DNA of 64,000 nucleotides from an uncultured delta proteobacterium (lineage in GTDB: Bacteria; Myxococcota; Kuafuiibacteriia; Kuafuiibacteriales; Kuafuiibacteriaceae), in assembly GCA_963803435.1 (NCBI GenBank), contig CAWDML010000009.1, positions 1 through 64,000 on the forward strand, written 5' to 3'. Made by a program: the position numbers and the translations under genes. Positions 1 to 9,121 of the stretch are shown here, one piece after another (positions within the stretch are counted from its first letter, which is position 1; every line of letters begins with the position of its first letter). Under the pieces are notes generated by a model. That model was given only the letters and a program-made list of their open reading frames with translations. It searched no databases and was not told where the DNA came from.

Positions 1-128
1 CAGCACTTGGGCTCGCCGCCCACGATGCCGACGGCCCCGTCGGCCCAGAGGTGCTCGATCAGCCATCTGCGCTCGGCTGGGCGGACCGGGAGCAGGTGCG
101 CGCGTTCAACGGGGAGCAGGACGCTCAT
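1..128 (-). CDS. AAA_25/RecA-like ATPase, N-terminus (runs off the window)
   Basis: Manual translation MSVLLPVERAHLLPVRPAERRWLIEHLWADGAVGIVGGEPKC, the start of a Walker A region; ATGA overlap with the stop of the ExeA-like gene. Confidence 0.65.
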   Translation of the reverse strand, partial: MSVLLPVERAHLLPVRPAERRWLIEHLWADGAVGIVGGEPKC

Positions 129-991
129 TGCCTTCGTCCTCCGCGAGGACGCTTCTCCTTCGCGCGTTCTGGCGGCGGCACCGAGAAGGCATCGAAGTAG
201 AGCTTCTCGTCGAGTTGCCGGACCTCACGCTCGGTGCCGAGCGCGAGGAGCTCATCCGCCATGTGCATCAACGCCCGGAGATTTCCGCCAGCGTGCGTCG
301 ACAGCGTCGCGATGAGCTCAGGCGACATCAGCTTTCCGTTGCCGGCCTTCGCCGTCACTTGTCGGAGGACCTCTGCGAGCGCGTCGGGCGGCAGCATCTC
401 GAGCATCAAGCGCGCCCGGATCCGACTCCCGAGCGGAAGGAGGTCGTCGTCGCTCCTCATTCGCTCGGCCAGTCTTCCGTCTCCGGCGAGCACGACGGTG
501 AGGAGGAGGCGGGAGTCGAAGTCCGTGCTCGACAGCAACCGGAGCTCCTTGAGGACCGGCGTGATCATCTCCTGAGCCTCGTCGACGAGCAGGACCGGTC
601 GGAAGAGGACGGTCTCGAGGTGCGACTTCCATCGCTCTCTCAGCACCTTCGCTCCGGCCCAGCGGTTGTGGGGCGAGAGCTCCACGCCGAAGAGATCACC
701 GAGCTCGCGATAGAAGTCCGCGAGCGCCGCCTGGGGCCGCTCGAGCTGGGCGACCCGCACCTCGCGGAGGTGGCTGAGCCGCGACGACACCAGACGGAGC
801 GCCACGCTCTTTCCGGCGCCGGGCACGCCCAGGATCTGGGCGAAGCCGCCCTCTCTCGCCAGATTCTCGACCCGCCACCCGAAGTGATCGATCGCTTGAC
901 TGACCATCAAGCCCTCGGTGGGGATCTCGGGAGAGAACGGATTCCACTTGAGCCCGAAGAGGGCCAACAGCTTCTTGTTCCCAGCGCTCAT
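125..991 (-). CDS. ExeA/TnsC-like AAA+ transposition ATPase
   Basis: Walker A GVPGAGKS, Walker B LLVDEAQ, N-terminal FGLKWNPF; coupled to the DDE transposase. Confidence 0.85.
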   Translation of the reverse strand: MSAGNKKLLALFGLKWNPFSPEIPTEGLMVSQAIDHFGWRVENLAREGGFAQILGVPGAGKSVALRLVSSRLSHLREVRVAQLERPQAALADFYRELGDLFGVELSPHNRWAGAKVLRERWKSHLETVLFRPVLLVDEAQEMITPVLKELRLLSSTDFDSRLLLTVVLAGDGRLAERMRSDDDLLPLGSRIRARLMLEMLPPDALAEVLRQVTAKAGNGKLMSPELIATLSTHAGGNLRALMHMADELLALGTEREVRQLDEKLYFDAFSVPPPERAKEKRPRGGRRQ

Positions 992-2457
992 GATTCATCT
1001 CCGTCTCGCCCAACGGGCTCGTCCTTCACCACGTACGCCGGAGGCAGCCCCATGCCGGCGTAGTTGGTCACCAGCTTCTTGAGGAGCGGCGCCATCTGGG
1101 CGCACTCCGACACCGGCCGCGACGGTGAGCGCGGTCTCGCCACCGGCTCATGGCGTCGCCGCCGGCCATCGGCGTTGCCCTTCTTGTCGAGCGGCGACAG
1201 GTACGCGAGCACTTCCTCCGTCGACGGATCCACCAGGAGCGCCTGACTCAAGTCCCACGCTGCGTAGCGCAGGTGCAGCCAATCGACGTGCCGAAAGCGC
1301 GACGGGACCTCGAAGCGCACGCTGTCGATACTCACGGTCCCGTCGCTCTTTCGCTGTGTCCGGCTCGTGCGCCGACTGAAGACCTCTCGCAGACGAGCGC
1401 TCGATGGGCTGTCGCGGCCGACGCTCTTGCCCGCGAGGCATCGCTGAATCGGCGCCTCGCCGGTCTCGGAATGAACGCTCCGGTTGTACTCGAGCTCGAC
1501 CCAGGCCTGCGTTGCCTCGTTGAGCTGGTCCAGTGTGAGACCTTCGACAGCCTCCAACATCGGCAACAGGCGTCCTTCAACCTGAGTCCAGAACGACTCC
1601 TGCTTTCCGTTTTGATAGGGAGACAGTGGCAGCGTGAGCTCGAGGGTGATGCCCAAATCCGCGAGCCCGGACTTCGTCTCGGCGGCCTTCATCGCCGCCC
1701 CTCCGTCAGACAGCACGCTCCTTGGCAGGCCCCGCTTCTGGAACGCCTGGCTGAGACCGTGCACGAGATTCTCGGTGTTCTCGTCGAGATACCACTGGAC
1801 GTGGCAGGCGAGCCGCGAGCAGTCATCGAGCGAGCCGAAGAGCTGAGGCGACTCCCATTCGCCCACCGGGGTCACGACTCGGCGGGAGCCCACGTGGAAG
1901 TCGTAGTGCCACAGCTCGTGCACATAGGACGCCTCGTAGCTCCGGACCTCCGCGGCTTCGAGCCGTGCGGCGGCGAGCGCGGCGCCCGCTGTGTCCGCTT
2001 TCGGCTTCGGCTTTCGCAGGAGACCGTGGTCCTTCATGAAGCGCCGGACGGTCGAGTACGACGGGGCGGGGATCGACTTCGCCTCGGCGATCACCGCGAG
2101 GTTGTCCGCGTGCAGCTGGTAGCTCCAGCTCGAGTGCGATTCATATAGCCCTCGGGCCTCCGCGATCAGCTCGTCCGTCATCGAGGGATGCGTCCCGCGG
2201 TCCTTCCGGAGCTGGCGCGCCAGCGCGGCGACGGGGTCGTCGACGCTCCGCGCTGCGTAGTACCAGCGCTCGATCGTCGATGCGCCAAACTTGATGCGCT
2301 CGCCGGTGATCGGGTGCTGCCACTCCTTCCTCGACAGCTTCGTGATCGCAGAGCCCAGCGCGCCCTTCGCGGGCGGCGCGGACAGAAGAGGGCCGATGAC
2401 GCCGTGACGGAAGTGTCCCCAGCGTCGATGGCCTGGCCGTGATTTGCGTGAGGTCAT
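988..2457 (-). CDS. DDE (rve/Mu-like) transposase
   Basis: N-terminal HTH, LWHYDFH, LDDCSR, SDGG, NGKQESF, YNRSVHS, and a Mu C-terminal-like RKSDGTVSIDSVRFEVP. Confidence 0.9.
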   Translation of the reverse strand: MTSRKSRPGHRRWGHFRHGVIGPLLSAPPAKGALGSAITKLSRKEWQHPITGERIKFGASTIERWYYAARSVDDPVAALARQLRKDRGTHPSMTDELIAEARGLYESHSSWSYQLHADNLAVIAEAKSIPAPSYSTVRRFMKDHGLLRKPKPKADTAGAALAAARLEAAEVRSYEASYVHELWHYDFHVGSRRVVTPVGEWESPQLFGSLDDCSRLACHVQWYLDENTENLVHGLSQAFQKRGLPRSVLSDGGAAMKAAETKSGLADLGITLELTLPLSPYQNGKQESFWTQVEGRLLPMLEAVEGLTLDQLNEATQAWVELEYNRSVHSETGEAPIQRCLAGKSVGRDSPSSARLREVFSRRTSRTQRKSDGTVSIDSVRFEVPSRFRHVDWLHLRYAAWDLSQALLVDPSTEEVLAYLSPLDKKGNADGRRRRHEPVARPRSPSRPVSECAQMAPLLKKLVTNYAGMGLPPAYVVKDEPVGRDGDES

Positions 2458-2567
2458 CGATGGTCGCTCCTTTGGGCCGCATATCTGCGCGGCCTCCGAT
2501 GAACGCGACCATCCCGCCCCTCACCGTCCGAGATCGATCGACTTCCTCTGCGGGAAGTCGACCTCCA

Positions 2568-3119
2568 TCATAGGTCGTGCTCGCCAGCGAGCAGGCGCAG
2601 GACCCAGAGCACCCGGCCCACGAGCACGCCCTCGAGACGCAAGAGCAGACTCCGCGGAAGACGGGCCGCATCGAGCCCGTCCACGAGACGAGCGCGGACG
2701 AGCTGTCCGGCCGCGCGCTGCGGGAAGGCCTCTCGCCACCACTTCTGCCAGCGAGCGATCGTGGGCGCGCTCGCCCCGATCATCCTCTGGAGCGTCCTCA
2801 TCCGCCGTGGCGTCGCGCCCTCCGCGAGCGCGCTGACGAGCACCACGGCCGTCCCCAAGTAGACCCGGCGATCCAGGAAGAGCACGGACGGCGGTAGCCG
2901 CCGCTTCCGGCATCCGTCCTTCCGGCAGCAGAGGCTGTGGCGGACGCGGCACTCGTCGGGCAGATTCGGCGGTCCACCTCGAGGCTTGCGCGCGTAGCGA
3001 CTGTAGTCGAGCGGGCTGCCGCACGGGCACCCCTTTGCGTGGACGGTGGCCGCCAGGTCGCGGTCGAACCGCGCGAGGAGATGATGAAGTGTGGTGCTAC
3101 CGACGATCGGTGTGTACAA
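2568..3119 (-). CDS. Cys-rich zinc-ribbon/HTH transposon accessory protein (DUF6431-like)
   Basis: GGAGG RBS then TTG start; CPCG...CCRKDGCRKR...FLDRRVY, then HTH-like TIARWQKWW; directly upstream of the transposase. Confidence 0.65.
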   Translation of the reverse strand: MYTPIVGSTTLHHLLARFDRDLAATVHAKGCPCGSPLDYSRYARKPRGGPPNLPDECRVRHSLCCRKDGCRKRRLPPSVLFLDRRVYLGTAVVLVSALAEGATPRRMRTLQRMIGASAPTIARWQKWWREAFPQRAAGQLVRARLVDGLDAARLPRSLLLRLEGVLVGRVLWVLRLLAGEHDL

Positions 3120-3175
3120 AGATGACCTCCGACCGCGCTGGTAACCCGCGCGATCTCGGTCGAGGAGAGCAAAGG

Positions 3176-3649
3176 GTGCGCCGTCCTGGGCGAAACGACC
3201 CCTGTCCCTGTGGCAGCGGCAAGAAATACAAGCGCTGCTGTCTACCCGCGCACGAAGCAGCCGAGCGGGCCGAGCGGCAGGCCGCCGAGGAGCTGGCAAA
3301 GGCAAAACTTCTCGCAGAGGAGGAGCGCGAACGCGATCTCCTCGAAACGTGGCGGTCCGAATACGAGGAGGAGAGAGCCTTCGTCGAAGAGTCCAACGCC
3401 GTCGTTGATCTCATTCAAGCCGGACGTCTCGACGAGGCCGAGAAGGCAGCCCTCCTGCTCATCGAACACCACCCGGACGCGACGGATGGTCTCGAGCGGC
3501 TCGGCCACGTTTACGAAGCCAGGGGCGACATGAAGACCGCCGCCAAGCACTACCGAGAAGCGCTCGCTCAGGCCGCAAGCTCCGGCTTCCAGGACGACGA
3601 ACACTACATCTGCCTCCGGGAGCTCGCCGACCGCATCGATCCGCCGTAA
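3176..3649 (+). CDS. SEC-C motif + TPR protein
   Basis: GRNDPCPCGSGKKYKRCC and TPR-like GLERLGHVYEARGDMKTAAKHY; GAGGAG upstream of GTG (alternative start 3122). Confidence 0.8.
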   Translation: MRRPGRNDPCPCGSGKKYKRCCLPAHEAAERAERQAAEELAKAKLLAEEERERDLLETWRSEYEEERAFVEESNAVVDLIQAGRLDEAEKAALLLIEHHPDATDGLERLGHVYEARGDMKTAAKHYREALAQAASSGFQDDEHYICLRELADRIDPP

Positions 3650-3767
3650 CCAAGCTCCGCCGAGTCGAGCTTTCCGAGGACGACTCGGTCACGTCCATCA
3701 TCGACCGTGACCAGAAACTGCGCTTCGGCCCTCAGATACCGAGACACTGCTCAGTCGTTGGCTCTGC

Positions 3768-4511
3768 TCAGGGCGGCAGACCCGACGGTGGAACGAGGAA
3801 CCGCGGACGCTGACGCGCCGGCTCCCATCGGATCGGTGGTCCCCAGACCCCGGTGAGTGCGCCGGCGGTCAGCACCGCATCGAGAACGCCCGGACGAACA
3901 GGAACCTCGCCGAGCAGACACACGACGATCCCACCACGCTCTCGAGTACGTCTCGTCGAGTCGATGGCTCGCCGGGCATCTCGAACGTCGAGTGCTGGGA
4001 CGTCGAGAGTCCGAGCGATCGTGGTGGTATCCGCGGAACGAAGCCCCAGCAGTTTCTCGATCCGTTCAAGCCCACGGAGCTGCGTGCGTCTCCGGCGCGG
4101 ATCCGCCTTCGGGCTGTCGGCTGGCCATAGGTCGCCGTCTTTCGCGTCCAGCGCGGCCTGGAACAACGTCCCCGACCACGAGGGGTGATGATGGAGCGCC
4201 CCGTCGCCCCGCACCGGCGCGATCGCGGTCCGGCCGTACGGAACATGCGCGCAGGGATAGACCGTGAACGCGTGGCCGTGGACGCCGCACAAGAAGATGC
4301 GCAGCGGGTAGCGAGGGCCCGTTTTCCGGCTCCGCCACGCATGGCAGCGCACGCGACACGTCTCGCCCCGAGTCGCCAATGGGCAGCACCCGGGACGGTC
4401 TGGGATGAGCCGATCCCCCACCGGTCTATACGGCACGATGACGAATGGGCGTACCCCCGGCCCGTGATAGGCTGACATCTGCGTTGCCGTCTTCGCGGCG
4501 TGGTCTTCCAA
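3768..4511 (-). CDS. Hypothetical Cys/His-rich protein, transposon-associated
   Basis: 247-aa ORF with CCP...CRVRCH...CGVHGHAFTVYP; start uncertain. Confidence 0.55.
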   Translation of the reverse strand: MEDHAAKTATQMSAYHGPGVRPFVIVPYRPVGDRLIPDRPGCCPLATRGETCRVRCHAWRSRKTGPRYPLRIFLCGVHGHAFTVYPCAHVPYGRTAIAPVRGDGALHHHPSWSGTLFQAALDAKDGDLWPADSPKADPRRRRTQLRGLERIEKLLGLRSADTTTIARTLDVPALDVRDARRAIDSTRRTRERGGIVVCLLGEVPVRPGVLDAVLTAGALTGVWGPPIRWEPARQRPRFLVPPSGLPP

Positions 4512-4536
4512 ACGCGCACCACGAAGATGGTCCTTT

Positions 4537-4566
4537 CAAAGCCCGTGGTTCCTGCCACGGGCTTTG
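4537..4566. terminator. Perfect 12-bp hairpin near the putative transposon end
   Basis: CAAAGCCCGTGG-ttcctg-CCACGGGCTTTG. Confidence 0.5.
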
Positions 4567-4676
4567 GTCTTTCTACAGATCCACCGCTTCGAAAGCGCCC
4601 GTGGATCGGCCCTTGACGTGACAGCAGACGTGCAACGAGGGCGGCGCGATCAGGTCACTGGGATCGCGACATAACA

Positions 4677-5401
4677 CCTGCTCCTTCCTCCGGGAGGGTC
4701 CTGTCAAGGAGACCTTGAAGGCGTTGTGGACGACCCGGTCCAAGATGGCGTCGGCGAGCGTCGGGTCGCCGATCCACTCGTGCCATTTTCCGACCGGAAG
4801 TTGCCTCGTCACGACGGCAGATCGGCGACCGTAGCGATCCTCGAGGACCTCGAGCAGGTCGTGTCGCTGGGCTCCTTGAGGGAGCCAATCCCGAGGTCAT
4901 CCAAAATCAGGACGTCGAAGCGCGCCAGCTTGCCGAGGAGCCGCGCGTAGGATCCGTCGGCCTTCGCCAAACTGAGCTCCTCGAAGAGACGGGGCACCCG
5001 ACGGTAGAGAGCGCGGAAGCCTCTTCGACATGCGATCTGCCCGAGGCGCAGGCCAGGTAACTTTTCCCGACGCCCGTGAGGCCTGAAATGATCACGTTGT
5101 GGTGTTCGCCAACCCAAGCGCAGGTGGCGAGCTGCGCGACCAGCCCGCGTTCGAGCCCTCGCGCAGCCGATACCTCCACGTCTTCGAGGCAGGCCTCCGG
5201 CAAGCGGAGTTGCGCGTCCTTGAGCAGACGCTTGAGGCGACGGTTGTCGCGGGCGAGGTACTCGGCGTCGACTAGCATGCCGAAGCGCTCGTCGAATCCA
5301 AGCGCGTTCATCTTCCCGTCGCTCTGTTGCTCCTGCCAGGCGGCGGCCATTGCAATCAGGCGCATCGCGTACAGCTTGTCCTTCGTTGGTTCTGTCAGCA
5401 T
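4677..5401 (-). pseudogene. istB: IS21 helper ATPase, several frameshifts, 3' end disrupted
   Basis: Pieces in different frames: GLTGVGKSYLAC; [13 protein letters not shown]; [28 protein letters not shown]. Confidence 0.9.
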
Positions 5402-6662
5402 TTCTTCCTTCTCTCTCAATTCAAGTAGTAGCCAGGCCCACGGACCTGGTCGTGACGGATCGGTTCGACGGCGGTCTCGTCGTCGTCGGGATGAGGACGG
5501 AGATCGAGCTGCTGCTTGAGCATCCTCTCGATTGGTTTGTACGAGCGCGCACCGAATCGCAGAGCGCGTTCGCAGGCGACCTCGGTCCGTTCCGGACCGT
5601 ACTTCTCGCCGACACGACGGAGCGCACGTCCGGAGCGCCACGTCTGATCGCGGTGCGGGTTGCTCTCGAAGATCCGCCTCATCATCGCCTCCGTGTTCGG
5701 GCCCGTCTCGACGGCCCATCGCAGCAAGCCGCCAGGATCTCGATCCGCCCATGCCTGGTGGTTCGGTGGCCGATGGCTCGGATCCGTCGTGTGGCCGTAG
5801 GCCGTGTGACTCCGCAGGTGCGACGCGACCCGCCGTCCTCGGTGGAAGAGCTCGACCGTCATCGTGGTGAAGCAAGCCTCGACGGTCTCGCGCACCAGCA
5901 CGTGCGGCACCGAGTACCAGTGCCGATCGATCTCCACGTGATAGTCGAGGTTCACCTTCGCCGTTTTCCAATCGTGGTGAGCGAAGCGAATGGCCGGCAG
6001 CGGCCTCAGCGCGGGACGATCGATCCGCTCGAACAGCTCACGTCGCGAGACACCGCCCAGGTGCTTCCGCGGGCGATCATTGAGCTGCTCCAGCAGTTCG
6101 CGGATCCGCACGTTCAGTGCCTCCAGCGAGAAGAAGGTCTCGTTCCGAATTCGCGCAAGGATCCAGCGCTGTGCGACTTGGACTGCGACCTCCACCTTTG
6201 CTTTGTCTCGGGGGCGATAGGGGCGTGCGGGAATGACGACCGCGCCATAGTGTCGCGCTTGGTCGCGATACGTTCTTTGGATCGTAGGGTCGTGCTTATC
6301 GGAGCCCGAGACCGCGCTCTTCAACCGATCCGGGACCCAGATCTCAGCAACACCGCCGAAGTACTCCACCGCGTGCGTATGCGCAGCGGTCCACGCAGCG
6401 AGTTGCTGCGATGAGGTCGCCTCCGCGTACGTGTAGCTCGACGCGCCGAGGACAGCGACGAAGAGCTCGACCGCTCGAGCCTCACCGCTACGCTCGTCGA
6501 CGATTCGCGGTCGCCTGCCCGAGAAGTCAACGAACATCCTCTCCCCGGCCTTGTGCTCCTGGCGCATCGTGAGCCCTAGATGTGCCCGGCTGAATTCGTG
6601 AGCCCCTCTTGCGGGCGGTGGGCGTGAGGATCAAGGTGAGGCGATCTCAGGGAGGAGGTCGC

Positions 6663-7910
6663 ATGCGCAGCAGATCCGTCACGGTCAAGTTGACGACGAG
6701 GCAGCGAAGGGTGCTCGAGGCGTCGCCCGGACGAAATTGGCGCCGCAGCAATTGGTGGAGCGGTGCCGAATCGTACTGATGTCCGCGGAGGGTCGCGAGA
6801 ACGAGGATCAGGCGTAGAGCTGGGGGTGGACCGACAACGGGTCCGTCGATGGCGGCATCGTTGGGCGAAGGCGAGGGACGTGCTGGCAGCGGCCGAGGAA
6901 GAGGGTGCGACGAACAAGGACCTCGAGAAGCTGATCGTCGATGTCCTCGGGGACGAGGAGCGCAGCGGGGCACCGCCGCGGTTCACGGCAGAGCAAATAG
7001 CCGCGATCATCGCGCTTGCGTGCGAGCCTCCCGCTGATAGTGGGCTGCCCGTTTCGCACTGGACTCCGCCGGAGCTGGCGCGCGAGGCCATCAAGAGAAA
7101 GCATCGTCGACAGTATTTCGCCCAGGCACGTCGATCGTTTTTTAGCGAAGCGAACCTGCGACCCCACAAGAGCAGGTACTGGCTGACGTCGCGGGATAAA
7201 CGCGAAGCGCCCGAGCAATACCAAGCCGACGTCGAGAAGATCTGCGACACGTACCGCGATGCTCCGCAGCTCGCGTCGCAGGGCACGCACGTCGTGAGCA
7301 CCGACGAGAAGACAGGCATGCAGGCGCGCGAGCGGCCGCACAAAACAAAACGCCGCCGGCCCGGTCTCGCCGAACGCGTCGAGTTCGAGTACATCCGCCA
7401 CGGCACCCTATCATTGATTGCGAACTTCGACGTCGCGACCGGCAAAGTGATCAGTCCGTCGATCGGACCAACCCGCAGCGAGGCCGACTTCGCAGCTCAC
7501 ATCGACAAGACAGTCGACGCCGATCCGGGCGCGTCGTGGATTTTCATCGCCGACCAGCTCGATACGCACCGCTCTGCAAGCCTCGTGAAGCTCGTCGCAC
7601 GACGCTGCGGGATCGAAGAAGATCTCGGCGTGAAGGGCAAGGACGGGATCTTGAAGTCAAAGAAGACGCGACGGAAGTTCCTCGAGGACGGGTCGCACCG
7701 GATTCGTTTCGTCTACACCCCTCGCCATTGCTCCTGGCTCAATCAGATCGAAATTTGGTTCTCAATTCTCTCTCGCCGTCTTCTGACGCGCTCGAGTTCG
7801 CGTCAGTGGAAGATCTTCGCTGCCGTACACTCGCGTTCATCGAGTACTTCAACAAGGTGCTCGCCAAGCCGTTCCGCTGGACTTACTCAGGCCGGCCGCT
7901 CCAGGGATGA
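6663..7910 (+). pseudogene. IS630 transposase, frameshifted
   Basis: GGAGGAGG RBS; HTH region, STDEKTG, EYIRHGT, DQLDTH, YTPRHCSWLNQIEIWF, KPFRWTY spread over several frames. Confidence 0.88.
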
Positions 7911-8025
7911 ACGGCTCAGCGTCGAGGATGAGTGAGCTCGAGTACGGCCCAGGCTCATGCGACGGAGCTCGCCTCGCTCGGCTTCCACGAACCGCTCTTC
8001 GTTATCCGCCGTCAGCGCCCCGAAA

Positions 8026-8184
8026 CGGTGATCCGAATCGGTCATCCGAGGACGGTCATCCGAGGACGGTCATCCGAGGACGGCCATCCGAGGACGGTCA
8101 TCCGAGGACGGCCATCCGAGGACGGCGATCCGAAGACGGTCATCGGAAGGCGGTCATCCGAAATCGGTCATCAGCATCCGAAAC
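8026..8184 (+). repeat. About 11 tandem copies of 14-bp CGGTCATCCGAGGA inside the IS630 3' region
   Basis: Units start at 8026, 8039, 8053, 8067, 8081, 8095, 8109, 8123, 8137, 8151 and 8165, degenerating at both ends. Confidence 0.95.
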
Positions 8185-8683
8185 CGTTCACCGCGGCCGG
8201 ACCGGATCGCCACTTCCGCGGAGCACATCTAGCCGTTTCTTCCAGGCCCGGTAGCGATCACAAAAGGCGGTGTACTGCAGCCCGGTCGGATGCTCTTCGA
8301 GGTACTCGAGATGCAGCAGCTCGAGCGTCACCTCTCGACGCCTCAGTTGCTGGTGCATCCAGGCCGGGTCCGGCTCCGGCCGCGTCGCTCCAGGCTTCGT
8401 GGGCTCGCCGTAGAGCCGTCGCTCCAGCGTTGCGTTGTCCAGGCCCTCGACCGCAGCCCCGTCCAGCCCGGCCTTCCGAGCGCGCTCTGTCGTCTTCGAG
8501 ACGACTCCGACACTCACACCGAGGCTCGAGGCAGCCTGCCGCGTGCTTCGGCCGAGGCTCCATCTCAGCCTAAGGACTTCCCGTATCTTTCTTACCACCA
8601 GTCGCTCCATCGCCATCCGATCCCCTCCTTGAGACGCTCGGTGGCAGAAACGACGGCCTGACGTCACCCCTCAGCGACAGGGG

Positions 8684-8840
8684 CCCGATCCCGGCGTTCA
8701 CGATGCCCGATCTCGGCGTTCACGATGCCCGATCTCGGTGTTCACGAATGCCCGATCTCGGTGTTCACAATGCCCGATCTCGGTGTTCACGTTGCCGCGA
8801 TCTCGGTGTTCACGATGCCCCGATCTCGGTGTTCACGATC
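8684..8840 (+). repeat. 7 tandem 22-23-bp repeats (CCCGATCTCGGTGTTCACGATG), IS21 end transposase-binding sites
   Basis: Directly adjacent to the terminal CA at 8853-8854; no spacers. Confidence 0.92.
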
Positions 8841-9121
8841 GGGCGATACGCGCATCCGGCTTCCAGCTTTGCCAGCCGACCTGCGTCGGAGATGCAATCG
8901 ACGTGGGTCATACGATCGCCTCCGTCGGCGCGATGGGTGCCGAAGCGGGTGCCGGATTGCGGAGGCGCCGGCGGCGCTCGCGTGCAGCATGCAGCTTCTC
9001 GTCGCGTGCCTTCCAGATCTCGGGACCGCGTCCTGCGGCTTGGTCAGCGGGGGTGATGAAGCCGATCGCGCTGTGGAGGCGCACGTTGTTGTACAAGTCG
9101 GTTCCACAGTCCTTCACCTCG

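Larger units (their letters stand above)
1..4676 (-). mobile_element. Putative TGT-ended Mu/Tn552-like transposon, one end (other end outside the window)
   Basis: Minus-strand TGTTATGT begins at 4676, exactly where istB similarity stops after SRRKEQ; contains a DDE transposase and ATPases. Confidence 0.55.
6579..8229 (+). mobile_element. IS630-family element in a CTAG site with TA duplication
   Basis: TA at 6577-6578 and 8230-8231; TIRs GATGTGCCCGGCTGAATT and GATGTGCTCCGCGGAAGT (14/18 match). Confidence 0.9.
5416..8616 (-). pseudogene. istA: IS21 transposase split by an IS630 insertion
   Basis: The N-part (MAMERL...AWKKRL) and C-part (GLTMRQEHKAGERMFVDFSG...PRDKAKVE) rejoin in frame when 6579-8229 and one TA are removed. 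Confidence 0.92.
4677..8854 (-). mobile_element. IS21-family element (left end at 8854; right end displaced)
   Basis: Starts TGCGCGTATCG on the minus strand, then 22-bp repeats, istA and istB. Confidence 0.88.

Noticed and set aside
4677-5401. Programmed frameshifting in istB
   Set aside because: Several scattered indels fit decay or sequencing error better
8026-8184. Possible CRISPR or repeat-protein ORFs (7907-8254, 7932-8573)
   Set aside because: 14-bp units with no spacers; the ORFs are read-throughs of the repeat and cross the IS boundary
8684-8840. Possible CRISPR array
   Set aside because: The repeats are contiguous with no unique spacers, no cas genes are present, and they abut an IS21 terminus
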